Assembly: GCA_026395965.1 (NCBI GenBank)
Contig: JAPLXS010000006.1
Coordinates: 118,683-182,682 of the forward strand
DNA length: 64,000 bases
Origin: Candidatus Nomurabacteria bacterium
Lineage (GTDB): Bacteria; Patescibacteriota; Minisyncoccia; Phycocordibacterales; UBA9973
Reading direction: 5' to 3'
The notes beneath the pieces are model-generated. The model saw only the letters and a list, made by a program, of their open reading frames with translations, searched no databases and was not told the origin of the DNA. This document shows, in pieces, positions 31,290-42,081 of this stretch. The position numbers and the translations under genes were made by a program. Numbering within the stretch: the stretch's first letter is position 1; each line of letters opens with the position of its first letter.

Positions 31290-31337
31290 AAATAGACGTC
31301 CGACACCTGCCGTAGCAGATGTCGGACGTCTATTTTT
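31290..31337. repeat. TAGACGTCCGACA-family long palindrome (followed by T-tract)
   Basis: aatagacgtccgacacctgc-cgtag-cagatgtcggacgtctattttt. Confidence 0.7.
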
Positions 31338-31347
31338 ATGATTTAAA

Positions 31348-32136
31348 CTATCTTATCTCGTAAGCTATAGATACATTTGAAGTTATTTTATTTTCTCCCT
31401 TGGGAAGAACAGGTGCTTCGGGAGCAGAAACTAAACTATCTACTGCCATGGTTTTTGCATATACTCCATAATTATTACCAGTATTTTCTGAAAAACTTAC
31501 AACCTTACCAAGAGTAACTCCAAGTTCTTTAGACAAAACTTCGGCTTTAGCTTTTGCATCTATTATAGCTTTTGAGCGTGCTTGATCTTTAAATGCTTCT
31601 TCATCATCTATAGAGAATGTTGGACCACTTATATCTGTCACACCAATAGCTGTTAATCCTGTGCGTACGATACTTGCATTGTCTACAACACGTATTTTTA
31701 TAGTTATAGATTGCATAGCTGTGTAACCTATTATTTTTGGTTCTTGGGTTGGACATGGGTAAACAAGACAAGCTACTTGCCCATAAGAATATTTTGGTGA
31801 GAGACCTCCGTATTCTGATTTAATATCTTTGTCTTCTATTTTTTGTTCTTTTAGATAAGCTAATGTTTTTGTAATTGATTCATTTAGAAGAGTTTGTGCT
31901 TCTTTTGCTGTCTTACCTTCTTTATTTAGATTTACTGTTAATGATGCAATATCTGAAACAGCTAGAATATCCCCTGTTCCACTTACTGATATAACATTGG
32001 CTGGCTGATTTCCACGACCTACATAAGCACTAGATTTAATCTCATTGTACAGTTTTACTACTGTAAGTAGAGAAATTACTATTATTAATGCAAAAATTGA
32101 ATTCTTTATTTTTTTCTCATTTAAAAATGTTTCCAT
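31348..32136 (-). CDS. SIMPL (DUF541, BP26/OMP28-like) domain protein
   Basis: N-terminal TM anchor, then the SIMPL pattern (ISVSGTGD...SLTVNL ... C-terminal region). Confidence 0.6.
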   Translation of the reverse strand: METFLNEKKIKNSIFALIIVISLLTVVKLYNEIKSSAYVGRGNQPANVISVSGTGDILAVSDIASLTVNLNKEGKTAKEAQTLLNESITKTLAYLKEQKIEDKDIKSEYGGLSPKYSYGQVACLVYPCPTQEPKIIGYTAMQSITIKIRVVDNASIVRTGLTAIGVTDISGPTFSIDDEEAFKDQARSKAIIDAKAKAEVLSKELGVTLGKVVSFSENTGNNYGVYAKTMAVDSLVSAPEAPVLPKGENKITSNVSIAYEIR

Positions 32137-32356
32137 ATTTTTTGTGATAGCTCATCAAAGACAAGACATATCTTATTGGTTATTGTTAATAATATTTAGT
32201 GTGACCCATATATTTATTATAGCACGGTCTCTATAAACTAGCTCTCTTGATCTGAGAATCAACTATATTTAACAAATCTATATGATTGAAATCAATATTC
32301 ACATATAAATCTGTGAGTGTTGACAAATATCCATAAAGTGATAGAGTACATAAAAA

Positions 32357-32989
32357 GTGCTCATCAATAACAAAATTAACAGCAAAATGGAAACAGAAAA
32401 ATTAATGCCCAAAAACATTTTAATAGAATTTATTTTCGGTGAAGAGATAATTCGTATTTTAGAAAAAAGAATGCCAATCAGAGAACTCAAAACAGAGTCA
32501 CCTTTATTTATGGACTACTACAAAATGATGCAGCCTAGCCTAATAGAACCATTGGCAAAACAAATTGCTATGAAAATACTTGCAGAAGGTAAAGGAATCG
32601 AGATTATTGCTGGAAGCACATCTCCAATCCTTGCATTTGAAGTTGCATCCATTCTTAGACTTCCATTTTTATGGGTAGTAAATGAAAAAATGCCAGAAGA
32701 GGTTAAGGGTAGAAAAGTTGCTTTTGTAACAGATAATATTTGCACAGGGAAACATACATTCGAGGCCTTGCATTATATTAAACACAATTACGCAAAATGC
32801 GAAGACGTGTATTGCGTTTTTGATTACAATTTCAATCTAAACAAAGGACTAAAAGATATAAACATCTTTTCTCTTCTTGAAATTGAAGATATCAAAGATT
32901 TAGAACAAATAAGTAAATGGAAAGAAAATTCCAGATACTTGTTTGGAAAAGAAAACAGGAAAGAAATCTCTCCTGCGATTGCTGGTTAA
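32357..32989 (+). CDS. phosphoribosyltransferase-like protein (type I PRTase fold)
   Basis: KVAFVTDNICTGKHT resembles the PRPP-binding motif (hydrophobic-D-D/N-x-x-TG-x-T). Confidence 0.35.
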   Translation: MLINNKINSKMETEKLMPKNILIEFIFGEEIIRILEKRMPIRELKTESPLFMDYYKMMQPSLIEPLAKQIAMKILAEGKGIEIIAGSTSPILAFEVASILRLPFLWVVNEKMPEEVKGRKVAFVTDNICTGKHTFEALHYIKHNYAKCEDVYCVFDYNFNLNKGLKDINIFSLLEIEDIKDLEQISKWKENSRYLFGKENRKEISPAIAG

Positions 32990-33029
32990 TTTTTAATTCA
33001 ATTAAGCCTTCTTTTATTAGAAGGCTTTT

Positions 33030-34304
33030 TTATTCTTTATTGAGAGCTTCTATGGGGTTTAATTTTGCTGCATTTTGTGCAGGAAATACTCCAAATATAA
33101 TACCTATAATACCCGATACAGAAACGGCAATAATTACACCCCAAATAGGTACTATGAACTTCCATGCTAATCCTAGACTCTGTGCTATTTTAGAAATAAC
33201 AAATGCGCCGAATGCTCCACCCATAACCCCTATAACACCACCTATGATAGTTAGTAGTATTGATTCGACTAAAAATTCATACATAATATCGCGATTGCGA
33301 GCACCAAGAGCTTTTTTTAATCCTATCTCTCCGATACGTTCTGTCACTATGACATACATAATATTCATAACCCCTACCCCACCTACAAGCAGAGATATAG
33401 AGGCAATAGCAATAAGCAAAAATGTAACTGCGCTCAATATAGTATCGAAAGTTCCTAAACTCTCTGACTGAGTAGTAACTTTAAAATCATCACGAATAGG
33501 GTCTGTAATATAATGATTTTTTCTTACAATATCTGCTACGTCTAGAGCTGTGGCATCTGCCTTGGTATTGTCTATCAATCCTATAACTGAATAAATAAGA
33601 TAATCTATGCCTTGAATTTTCTTTTGAAGAGTTGTGACTGGAATAAAAGCTTGGTCGTCGTCATTCATAGGACCAAATCCTCCTTTCTTTGCATATACCC
33701 CGATAACTTCAAAATTATAATTACCTATTCTTATCAACTTACCTACGGGATCAACTCCATCAAATAAACTTGTAGCTAGCGTGTTACCAAGTACTACAAC
33801 TTGGGCAAGAGCTTTGTCTTCTTGAGAAGAATAACCTCTACCTTCTTCGATGATTCCTTTATCAATATCAAATCTATCTGCACTTGCTCCAAAAATAAAA
33901 ACATTTTTTGAAACATTTTTATATGTTACTATTTGCTGACCGATAGAAGCTCCGTATGCATTTTTTACATTTGGAATATTTTTAATATCTTCTACATCTC
34001 TCATTTTCAAACTTGTGATTGGAATAGCATTTGAAGCAGAAGAATTTGCTTGTTTTGAACCTGATCCAGAGTTTGAACGTGCCTTTGTAGAATCAGGAAG
34101 TGAAGTTTCAAGAGTAATAATATTTGAACCAAAAGCATCTATTTGGGAATTTATATAACTCTTAAAACCCTCTCCTGCTGATAGTACAAGGATAACAGTA
34201 CCTATACCAATCATAATACCGAGAGTCGTCAAAAAAGTCCTAGAAGGATTTGATTTAACACCACGTATAGCTTGTTTGATATTGTTATTCATAACGTAAT
34301 GCAA
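33030..34304 (-). CDS. ABC transporter permease, MacB/FtsX-like
   Basis: N-terminal TM helix, a large periplasmic MacB_PCD-like domain, and a C-terminal FtsX 3-TM bundle. Confidence 0.8.
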   Translation of the reverse strand: MHYVMNNNIKQAIRGVKSNPSRTFLTTLGIMIGIGTVILVLSAGEGFKSYINSQIDAFGSNIITLETSLPDSTKARSNSGSGSKQANSSASNAIPITSLKMRDVEDIKNIPNVKNAYGASIGQQIVTYKNVSKNVFIFGASADRFDIDKGIIEEGRGYSSQEDKALAQVVVLGNTLATSLFDGVDPVGKLIRIGNYNFEVIGVYAKKGGFGPMNDDDQAFIPVTTLQKKIQGIDYLIYSVIGLIDNTKADATALDVADIVRKNHYITDPIRDDFKVTTQSESLGTFDTILSAVTFLLIAIASISLLVGGVGVMNIMYVIVTERIGEIGLKKALGARNRDIMYEFLVESILLTIIGGVIGVMGGAFGAFVISKIAQSLGLAWKFIVPIWGVIIAVSVSGIIGIIFGVFPAQNAAKLNPIEALNKE

Positions 34305-35568
34305 CTATTGGGTCGAGCTTAGCTGCTTTTAATGCGGGATAAAGACCAAATATAACTCCGGTAAGAATAGACACAAAAACAGCGAGTATTATAGCCATAG
34401 GTGAGATAATAAAAGCCCAATCATAACCTGCAAACCTCGCTCCGAGTGCAATCAAATAAGAAATTAATATTCCTGAAATAATACCTAAAATACCACCTGA
34501 AAGAGTCAGGACTATTGATTCAAATAGGAATTGATTTCTTATATTTCTTTTGGTTGCGCCTATTGCTTTTCGAAGACCTATCTCGCGTGTACGCTCTGAA
34601 ACTGTCACAAGCATAATATTCATAATACCAATACCTCCTACTATGAGCGATATGCCTGCCATTAAACTCAAAAATATACTAAGCGTACCTGTAATACTAG
34701 TCAGAATTTTTATTGCATCTACTAGATCGCGAACAGAAAAATCGTCATCTTCTGGGTTTTTAATATTGTGTTGTTCACGCAAAACACGAGCGACATCATC
34801 TATTGTTGTTTTTACATTTTGAGAATCATTTACTTTCAGTCTTAGAAATTGAATATAATCTATACCAAGTAACTGACGTTGTCCTATAGAAAAAGGTATA
34901 AAAACTTGGTCATCTTGGTTTTGAAAAGCCACAGTTCCCATTTTCTTTTGAACTCCTATAACTCTAAATGGAATACTACCTGTGTCTCCTGTCACAGCAG
35001 GATTATTGTTTGGTATTTTAATTTTAACAATCTTTCCAAGTTCATCACCATAAGGAAATAAATTGGTTGCTACGTCATACCCGAGAACCATAACATTGTT
35101 ACCTGCCCTGCCTTCTTCTTCAGAGAAAAATTGACCTTTTTCCATTTCTACATTCTGAACATTTGGATAGCTCCCATCTGTAGCTGTAAAAGTAGTATCT
35201 AGACTTTCTCTTCCAGATATCAAAGTTGCACTACCACGAACGGTAGCTGCAACTGCAGTAGCATAAGGAACATTGCCCTTATCTTTTATTGCTTCTACAT
35301 CGCGTAATTTTAATGTTTTTATTTGAATACCAAAAACAGAAGCTGGAGGACCATTTTCATTGCTCTTTCCAGGGAGTACCCCTACTAGATTGGTTCCTAG
35401 TTTGGTTACTTGTCCAAGCACTAGAGATTGTGCACCAGCACCAAGAGACATGATAATGATAACTCCAGCGACACCGATAATAATACCTAAAATAGTCAGA
35501 AAAGTTCTTCCTTTTCTTGAAAGTAAGTTTTTAACAGTTGTTTTAATTTCAGATAAAAAGTTTTGCAT
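34285..35568 (-). CDS. ABC transporter permease, MacB/FtsX-like (paralogue)
   Basis: Same architecture as 33030..34304. The two genes overlap by 20 nt. Confidence 0.8.
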   Translation of the reverse strand: MQNFLSEIKTTVKNLLSRKGRTFLTILGIIIGVAGVIIIMSLGAGAQSLVLGQVTKLGTNLVGVLPGKSNENGPPASVFGIQIKTLKLRDVEAIKDKGNVPYATAVAATVRGSATLISGRESLDTTFTATDGSYPNVQNVEMEKGQFFSEEEGRAGNNVMVLGYDVATNLFPYGDELGKIVKIKIPNNNPAVTGDTGSIPFRVIGVQKKMGTVAFQNQDDQVFIPFSIGQRQLLGIDYIQFLRLKVNDSQNVKTTIDDVARVLREQHNIKNPEDDDFSVRDLVDAIKILTSITGTLSIFLSLMAGISLIVGGIGIMNIMLVTVSERTREIGLRKAIGATKRNIRNQFLFESIVLTLSGGILGIISGILISYLIALGARFAGYDWAFIISPMAIILAVFVSILTGVIFGLYPALKAAKLDPIVALRYE

Positions 35569-35572
35569 TCAT

Positions 35573-36286
35573 TTAGTCTTCTATTTGCTTTGAGTGTACT
35601 CTATCTTTTTCTTCTACTTTGCGATCTGATACTATTTCTCCGTCGCGTATAGTCACTATACGTTTTGAATGATTAGCAACATTTAAATCGTGAGTAACTA
35701 AAATAATAGTGCGACCTTCTTTGTTTAGATTCTCTAAAATATGCATAACGGTACTACCACTTTTTGAGTCTAGGTTACCTGTAGGTTCATCGGCAAAAAT
35801 AACTTTTGGATTACAAACCAAAGCACGAGCTATAGCTACGCGTTGTTTTTGACCACCAGAAATCTGATTGCTCATGTAGTTCATTCTCTCAGTCAGGTTG
35901 ACTGCAGCTAGGGCTTCTTTGGCTTTTTTCTCGTGGCCGATTTTTGAATCACTATACAAAAGAGGTAGAATTACATTGTCCAAAACTGATGTTCTAGGCA
36001 AAAGATTGAAAGATTGAAAAACGAAACCAATATGTTTATTACGAATTACTGCCAACTGGTCATCATCTAGGTCTTTTGTATTTTCACCTTCAAAGATATA
36101 CTCACCTGAAGTAGGTCTATCCAAAAAACCAATAGTATGCATGAGCGTAGATTTACCTGATCCAGATGGACCAATGATAGCGATAAACTCCCCTTCTTCA
36201 ACAGTCAGGTTTATATCTTTAAGAACGTGAGTTATTACATCACCATTTTCGTAATTTTTTACAATATTTTTAAGTTCTATCAACAT
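35573..36286 (-). CDS. ABC transporter ATP-binding protein (MacB/LolD-type)
   Basis: Walker [10 protein letters not shown], signature [14 protein letters not shown], Walker [13 protein letters not shown]. Confidence 0.9.
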   Translation of the reverse strand: MLIELKNIVKNYENGDVITHVLKDINLTVEEGEFIAIIGPSGSGKSTLMHTIGFLDRPTSGEYIFEGENTKDLDDDQLAVIRNKHIGFVFQSFNLLPRTSVLDNVILPLLYSDSKIGHEKKAKEALAAVNLTERMNYMSNQISGGQKQRVAIARALVCNPKVIFADEPTGNLDSKSGSTVMHILENLNKEGRTIILVTHDLNVANHSKRIVTIRDGEIVSDRKVEEKDRVHSKQIED

Positions 36287-36379
36287 CGAGATACTAAAAT
36301 TTTAATAATAATTTATTTTCTATATTTAACTATTTATTTGATGTATAAATTTAATTAAGTAAAATTTACAAAAGAAAAA

Positions 36380-37924
36380 TTATTTAGTTTTTATCAAAAC
36401 AACAAATTCGTCATTTTCTTTCAAGCCACTTATAACTTCTATAGTACTTCCATCTCCTTCTAACCCAGTAGTAACAGGTACCTCTTTAAATGACTTAGTT
36501 CTTGTATTGTCTACAACACGAACAATCTTGTTGCCAGTATTGTCTGAGATAATAGCACGTGAAGGAATAGTTAGAACGTGATCTTTTTCTTTTAGCTTAA
36601 TAGTCATGTTTGCTGTCATACCTGGACGTAGATCACTCGCTTGTTCAACACTTGCAGTTATTTTATAGTTTACAACTCCTGAAACAAGTGTAGATGAAGG
36701 ATCTATCTTTGTTATACTACCTTTAAATATTTTATCTGAACCAAATGCATCATAACTAATATCTATAGGCATACCAATATTAACACCAGCAATATTTGCT
36801 TCATTTATATTTGCTTCAATATAAATATTTGAAACATCTTGAAGAACAATAACTTGTTTCAAAGCAGATGCTAGCTCACCTTGTTTTATATCTATACTTG
36901 TTATAGTTCCACCAAGTGGAGCAACAATAACAGTGTCATTGTATTTTGCTGTAGCTTGTTGAACCTGACCTTCTGCGGAAATAATATCAGCTTTAGCTAA
37001 ATCAATATCAGATGCACGAGCGTTTGCTTGCTTTAATGCGAGCTCGGCTCCCCTTTGATCGATTAGTGATTGAGAGGAAGACAAAGCAGATGCTTGAGTC
37101 TTGAGCGCAGATTGATAAGCGTTGTAATTTGTTAAATAATTTGATGCTTTTTTGTTTGGTATTTCAATTTTCCAATCAGTAACACTAATATTGCTAGATG
37201 GGAAACGAAGATACAAACCAGAATCTCCAATAGGTTGAGCTATTATAGAGTTACTTGAACCACTACCTTGAGCAAGCCCAGTCACACTGTAACTTGTACC
37301 ACTATTACTATAGTAAAACTTTAGCTTTATAGCTCCCTCTACTCCCAAGTTATAAGTACCACTAATAATAGGAGCAACATAGTCACTTGTGCCATTTTCT
37401 GGAATTGCTTCTGGAGATGAATTGAGTAAATTACTATATGCATTTTTAACCAATGTATCTTGTTGGGTTTTTGTATTTTCCAAATCTCTCTTTGCATTTG
37501 AAAGTGCAAGTTGTGAAAGAGTTATCTCTTCATTTGTTGCTCCTTCTAGGGTACGTTTATATCTAGCATTCGCCGCAGCTAGTGCTCCGCGAGCTGATGT
37601 AAGAGTAGCGAGTACAGAAGCTTGGTCGAGAGTAGCGAGTACTTGTCCTTCTTTTACTTTGTCCCCCACTTTTACTTTGATTGATTTAACTACACCATTT
37701 GTGTTGAAAGATAGATTTAGATCAGTACTTGAAACTACTTGTCCTGTTGCAAGAATAGTCTGCTTTAGATCAGTATATTTAGCAAAATCGGTAACTGTAT
37801 TTTTTGCATTATTATTTGACCTAAAGAAAAAGAACAATCCGAGTGATAAAACAATAACAAGCGGAATCCAAATACGCTTTTGCTTAATAACTTTATCTAT
37901 AAATAAATCTTTAACTTTTTTCAT
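36380..37924 (-). CDS. HlyD/MacA-family periplasmic adaptor (membrane fusion protein) with long coiled-coil
   Basis: N-terminal TM helix, biotinyl-lipoyl-like segments flanking a long alpha-helical hairpin, and a C-terminal beta-barrel region. Confidence 0.7.
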   Translation of the reverse strand: MKKVKDLFIDKVIKQKRIWIPLVIVLSLGLFFFFRSNNNAKNTVTDFAKYTDLKQTILATGQVVSSTDLNLSFNTNGVVKSIKVKVGDKVKEGQVLATLDQASVLATLTSARGALAAANARYKRTLEGATNEEITLSQLALSNAKRDLENTKTQQDTLVKNAYSNLLNSSPEAIPENGTSDYVAPIISGTYNLGVEGAIKLKFYYSNSGTSYSVTGLAQGSGSSNSIIAQPIGDSGLYLRFPSSNISVTDWKIEIPNKKASNYLTNYNAYQSALKTQASALSSSQSLIDQRGAELALKQANARASDIDLAKADIISAEGQVQQATAKYNDTVIVAPLGGTITSIDIKQGELASALKQVIVLQDVSNIYIEANINEANIAGVNIGMPIDISYDAFGSDKIFKGSITKIDPSSTLVSGVVNYKITASVEQASDLRPGMTANMTIKLKEKDHVLTIPSRAIISDNTGNKIVRVVDNTRTKSFKEVPVTTGLEGDGSTIEVISGLKENDEFVVLIKTK

Positions 37925-37928
37925 AATT

Positions 37929-38519
37929 TTATTGAATAGAAATTAACTCAACATCGAAAACCAAATCAGCATTTGCTGGTATACCTGAACCTGGAGGAGG
38001 ATTTGATCCGTAAGCCTGAGCTGCTGGGATAACAAGTCTGCGAGTACCACCTATCTTCATTCCTGGGATACCATCTGTCCATCCTTTTATAACTTGGCCA
38101 AGTGGAAATGTTACTGGAGTAGGACCAAAGTCTTTTGATGATTGGAATATTACACCTGTTGCTGCTACTGCTCCTGTATAATGCACACTAACCGTAGCGC
38201 CTGCTTTTACTTCTGCGCCAGTACCAACCACAACATCAATCTTTTGTAGATTTGCTGTTTTAGAAACTGGAGTAAAGTTGCTTAAAGTTTTTGAATTTGT
38301 TTCCATTTTATTTTTGGGTGGTAAAGATTCTTTTTCTGTTGTAGTTGTTGGATCAGTTGTAATGTCTTGAACTTCATTTTGATTTACTGAAGATACTTCT
38401 TCGGGTAAATTTTGTTCATATTTTTTATTGTTCATAATGATATAAACAAAAAGACCTATAACACAAGCTACAATTATAAAAGAAAATACGATACCATTTT
38501 TTTCTATTTGATTCTTCAT
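37929..38519 (-). CDS. FKBP-type peptidyl-prolyl cis-trans isomerase (membrane-anchored)
   Basis: FKBP_C motif VSVHYTGAVAATGVIFQSS...FPLGQVIKGWTDGIPGMKIGGTRRLVIP. Confidence 0.8.
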   Translation of the reverse strand: MKNQIEKNGIVFSFIIVACVIGLFVYIIMNNKKYEQNLPEEVSSVNQNEVQDITTDPTTTTEKESLPPKNKMETNSKTLSNFTPVSKTANLQKIDVVVGTGAEVKAGATVSVHYTGAVAATGVIFQSSKDFGPTPVTFPLGQVIKGWTDGIPGMKIGGTRRLVIPAAQAYGSNPPPGSGIPANADLVFDVELISIQ

Positions 38520-38582
38520 ATTTAGAAAAATTAATTAATAATATCTTTATATTTTAACATTTTTTTAAATATAAAGGAAATG

Positions 38583-38621
38583 AAAAATGCCCGCTCAGAC
38601 AGTAGTCTGAGCGGGCATTTT
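38583..38621 (-). terminator. rho-independent terminator of fusA
   Basis: aaaaatgcccgctcagacagtagtctgagcgggcatttt. Confidence 0.7.
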
Positions 38622-38633
38622 AAAAATTTTAAA

Positions 38634-40775
38634 TTATTTTCTTGATTCTATAATTGTAGTTGCAACGTTTTGAGGAACTATATCATAACGAGTAAATTCC
38701 ATAGTAAATGATGCTCTACCCTCTGTCATAGAACGGAGAGTTGTCATGTATCCAAACATTTCTGATAGAGGGACAATGGCTTTAACAGCTTGGTTCATAC
38801 CACGAGCTTCCATTCCTTCTATAAGTCCACGCTTTGATGACAGACTTCCTGTAACATCTCCCATGAATTTATCTGGAGTAACAACTTCAACTTTCATCAT
38901 AGGTTCCAAGATAACTGGGCGAGCCATTTTACATGCATCTTGCATAGCCATAGAAGCTGCGATTTTGAAAGCCATTTCGTTTGAGTCGACATCGTGGTAA
39001 CTTCCGTCCCATAGTTCAACTGATACGTTAACAATCTTAAATCCAGCAAGTACTCCGCGATCAAGACCTTCTTTGAATCCTTTTTCACAAGCAGGAATGT
39101 ATTCTTGTGGAATAGCTCCTCCTTTGATTGTATTGATAAATTCAAATCCTTTCTCTCTCTTTGTGTTTCTTGGTAGGTCTTCATCTTTGATAGACATATC
39201 CATTGGCTTGATCTTGATTTTAACGTGACCATAGTTTCCTCTTCCTCCTGATTGCTTGATGTATTTACCTTCTACACCAGCTTCACCAGTAATAGTTTCT
39301 CTGTATGCAACTTGAGGTTTACCAACATTTGTTTCAACAGAAAATTCACGCTTCATACGATCAACAATGATTTCAAGATGGAGTTCTCCCATTCCTGCAA
39401 TAATAGTTTCGTTTGTTTCAGCATCTGTAGTAACACGGAAAGTAGGATCTTCTTGTGCAAGACGAGATAATGCCATACCCATTTTTTCTTGGTCTGCTTT
39501 TGTTTTTGGTTCAACACGTAGAGAAATAACTGGTTCTGGGAATACAATACGGTAAAGTTCGATTGGGTGCTCTTCTTCACACATTGTGTCTGAAGTAATA
39601 GTATCTTTAAGACCAACCGCTGCTGCGATTTCTCCTGCATAAACTTTCTTTACTTCTTCACGATCGTTTGCGTGCATTCTCAAAATACGTCCAATACGTT
39701 CTTTGTTGCGAGTACGAGGGTTGTAAATATAACTTCCAGCAGAAAGACTACCTGAGTAAACTCTGAAGAAAATTATTTGTCCTACGAATGGGTCTGTGGC
39801 AACCTTGAAAGCAAGAGCTGAAAAAGGTTCTGCGTCTGAAGCCTTACGTTCAATAATTTCATCGGTATTTGGATCAATACCTCCGATAGGAGGAATATCT
39901 GTTGGACTTGGAAGGTAATCAATAACAGCATCAAGTACCAACTGAACTCCTTTATTTTTCAAAGCACTTCCTGCAAACACTGGGAAAATCTCGTTTGCTA
40001 TTACTCCCTTTCTCATTAATTTCTTTAGAGTCTCGTAATCAGGAACGATACCTTCAAAATACTCATTCATAGTTTTGTCGTCTTGTTCAACTATTTTTTC
40101 AATCAATTCTGCGTGGTATTTTTTGGCATCAGCCATCATATCTTCTGGAATTTCTTTTTCAATAACTCTTGAACCCATCTCTCCTTCAAAGTAATAAGCT
40201 TTCATCTTTAGAAGATCTACAACTCCATCGTGGTTTTCTTCAAGACCAATAGGAATCTGCATACGAATAGCCTTCTTTGTTAGGCGGTCTAAAATAGTAG
40301 CATATGAGTGTTCGAAAGATGCACCTGTTCTATCTAGTTTGTTTATAAAACAGATTCGTGGAACACTGGCTTCGTCGGCATAGCGCCAGTTTGTTTCTGA
40401 TTGAGGTTCTACTCCAGCAACTCCATCAAATACAACAACAGCTCCGTCTAGAACACGAAGAGAACGCTTTACTTCAACAGTAAAGTCGATGTGTCCTGGT
40501 GTATCGATAATATTGAAACGGTGTTTTTTTGTTTTGTCTGTAAGTGCGTATGTTGGAGTCCAAAAACAAGTAACAGCAGCAGAAGTAATAGTGATGCCTC
40601 TTTCTCTTTCTTGTTCCATCCAGTCTGTGGTAGTTTCCCCATCGTGAACTTCACCTATTTTGTGTGATACTCCTGTATAAAAAAGCACACGCTCTGTTGT
40701 AGTTGTTTTACCCGCATCGATGTGGGCAATGATTCCTATATTTCTAACTTTTTCTAACGGATAATCTCTTTCCAT
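38634..40775 (-). CDS. fusA: elongation factor G
   Basis: G domain ([21 protein letters not shown]) and full-length EF-G conservation. Confidence 0.95.
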   Translation of the reverse strand: MERDYPLEKVRNIGIIAHIDAGKTTTTERVLFYTGVSHKIGEVHDGETTTDWMEQERERGITITSAAVTCFWTPTYALTDKTKKHRFNIIDTPGHIDFTVEVKRSLRVLDGAVVVFDGVAGVEPQSETNWRYADEASVPRICFINKLDRTGASFEHSYATILDRLTKKAIRMQIPIGLEENHDGVVDLLKMKAYYFEGEMGSRVIEKEIPEDMMADAKKYHAELIEKIVEQDDKTMNEYFEGIVPDYETLKKLMRKGVIANEIFPVFAGSALKNKGVQLVLDAVIDYLPSPTDIPPIGGIDPNTDEIIERKASDAEPFSALAFKVATDPFVGQIIFFRVYSGSLSAGSYIYNPRTRNKERIGRILRMHANDREEVKKVYAGEIAAAVGLKDTITSDTMCEEEHPIELYRIVFPEPVISLRVEPKTKADQEKMGMALSRLAQEDPTFRVTTDAETNETIIAGMGELHLEIIVDRMKREFSVETNVGKPQVAYRETITGEAGVEGKYIKQSGGRGNYGHVKIKIKPMDMSIKDEDLPRNTKREKGFEFINTIKGGAIPQEYIPACEKGFKEGLDRGVLAGFKIVNVSVELWDGSYHDVDSNEMAFKIAASMAMQDACKMARPVILEPMMKVEVVTPDKFMGDVTGSLSSKRGLIEGMEARGMNQAVKAIVPLSEMFGYMTTLRSMTEGRASFTMEFTRYDIVPQNVATTIIESRK

Positions 40776-41033
40776 GTTTATATATATAATTAATAAAAAT
40801 AAAACCTGCCTGCCGAAAGTCAGGTTTACCCACTCATATGTAGGCGACGATTAAGTCTTTTGTCCTCTGAATATACAACAAAAAAAGTAAATTTGCAACA
40901 AAAAATCCCTCATATTTTGTATGAGGGATTTTTTAATTTAGATTTGAATTTATTATCAAGAAAGTGAGGGACTCCGACTATAAAGCTTTATTTCATAAAG
41001 CTAAGACCTATATGCTCCACTTTGCACTGGCAT

Positions 41034-41062
41034 AAAAAAAATCCCCAGATGGGGATTTTTTT
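41034..41062 (-). terminator. hairpin plus T-tract directly after rpsG
   Basis: aaaaaaaatccccagatggggatttttttt. Confidence 0.6.
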
Positions 41063-41533
41063 CTACCAAGCAAAGTGAGCAAACGCCTTGTTTGATTCTG
41101 CCATTTTGTGAGTATCATCACGCTTCTTAACAGCAGTTCCTTCGTTTTTAGATGCAAGTATTAGTTCTTCAGCAAGCTTTTCGTGGATTGGAGCTCCCTT
41201 TTTACCGCGAGCAGCTAGTATTATCCATCTCATTGCTAATGCAGTACGTCTTTCAGGTCTAACTTCACGAGGAACCTGGTAGTTTGCACCACCGATACGA
41301 CGAGAACGAACTTCAACCATAGGACCAGCATTTTTGATAGCTGTATCAAACACTTCTAGAGGATTTGGATTACCTGTCTTTTCTTTGATTATTTCAAAAG
41401 CTTTGTAAACAGCTTTACGAGCTGTCTCCTTCTTTCCGTGTACCATGATATTGTTAATAAACTTCGCAAGTTTTTGAGAGTTATAAACTATATCTGGTTC
41501 TACTATATTTCTGTTTGTTATTTTTCTTCGCAT
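41063..41533 (-). CDS. rpsG: 30S ribosomal protein S7
   Basis: Canonical S7 sequence (IMVHGKKETARK...). Confidence 0.95.
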   Translation of the reverse strand: MRRKITNRNIVEPDIVYNSQKLAKFINNIMVHGKKETARKAVYKAFEIIKEKTGNPNPLEVFDTAIKNAGPMVEVRSRRIGGANYQVPREVRPERRTALAMRWIILAARGKKGAPIHEKLAEELILASKNEGTAVKKRDDTHKMAESNKAFAHFAW

Positions 41534-41545
41534 ATTATTTAGGAA

Positions 41546-41971
41546 TTATTTTTTTACAGCTGCTTTAGGTGTCTTTGTACCATATAGACTTCTGGATTGA
41601 CGACGCTTTTCAACTCCTGTTGTATCAAGACGACCACGAACTATGTGGTAACGTACTCCGATCAAGTCTTTAACACGTCCTCCGCGAATCATAACAACTG
41701 AGTGTTCTTGTAGGTTGTGACCTTCTCCTGGAATATAAGCAGTAACTTCCATTCCATTTGTTAGACGAACACGAGCTATCTTACGAAGAGCTGAGTTAGG
41801 TTTCTTTGGAGTAGTTGTTGATACTTTAGTACAAACACCACGCTTAAATGGAGCAGGATAAAATACTGGCTTATTTTTAATAGAATTAAAACCGCGAGCA
41901 AGAGCTACGGCCTTTGACTTTCTTTTTATTATTTTACGGTTCTTTCGAACCAATTGATTGATTGTAGGCAT
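41546..41971 (-). CDS. rpsL: 30S ribosomal protein S12
   Basis: [13 protein letters not shown] is a canonical S12 N-terminus. I placed the start at this internal Met of the longer ORF. Confidence 0.95.
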   Translation of the reverse strand: MPTINQLVRKNRKIIKRKSKAVALARGFNSIKNKPVFYPAPFKRGVCTKVSTTTPKKPNSALRKIARVRLTNGMEVTAYIPGEGHNLQEHSVVMIRGGRVKDLIGVRYHIVRGRLDTTGVEKRRQSRSLYGTKTPKAAVKK

Positions 41972-42081
41972 AATTAAACAAAAATAGTCGTAAATGACTA
42001 GTGACACTACTTTACTATAACAGAAACAAAAAAGCAAGCCCTACAAAAAGGATACTCTTTGAATACTTGAGTAATCCACCC

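Noticed and set aside
32917-33471. 184-aa plus-strand ORF overlapping the MacB-like permease gene
   Set aside because: Antisense to a well-supported FtsX/MacB permease. Its composition follows codon position 3 of that gene.
37389-37946. 185-aa plus-strand ORF overlapping the HlyD adaptor gene
   Set aside because: Antisense overlap with a supported gene. No recognisable domain.
41972-42037. N-terminal 22-codon extension of the rpsL ORF ([22 protein letters not shown])
   Set aside because: S12 universally starts at MPTINQL. The extension is hydrophobic nonsense upstream of the real start.
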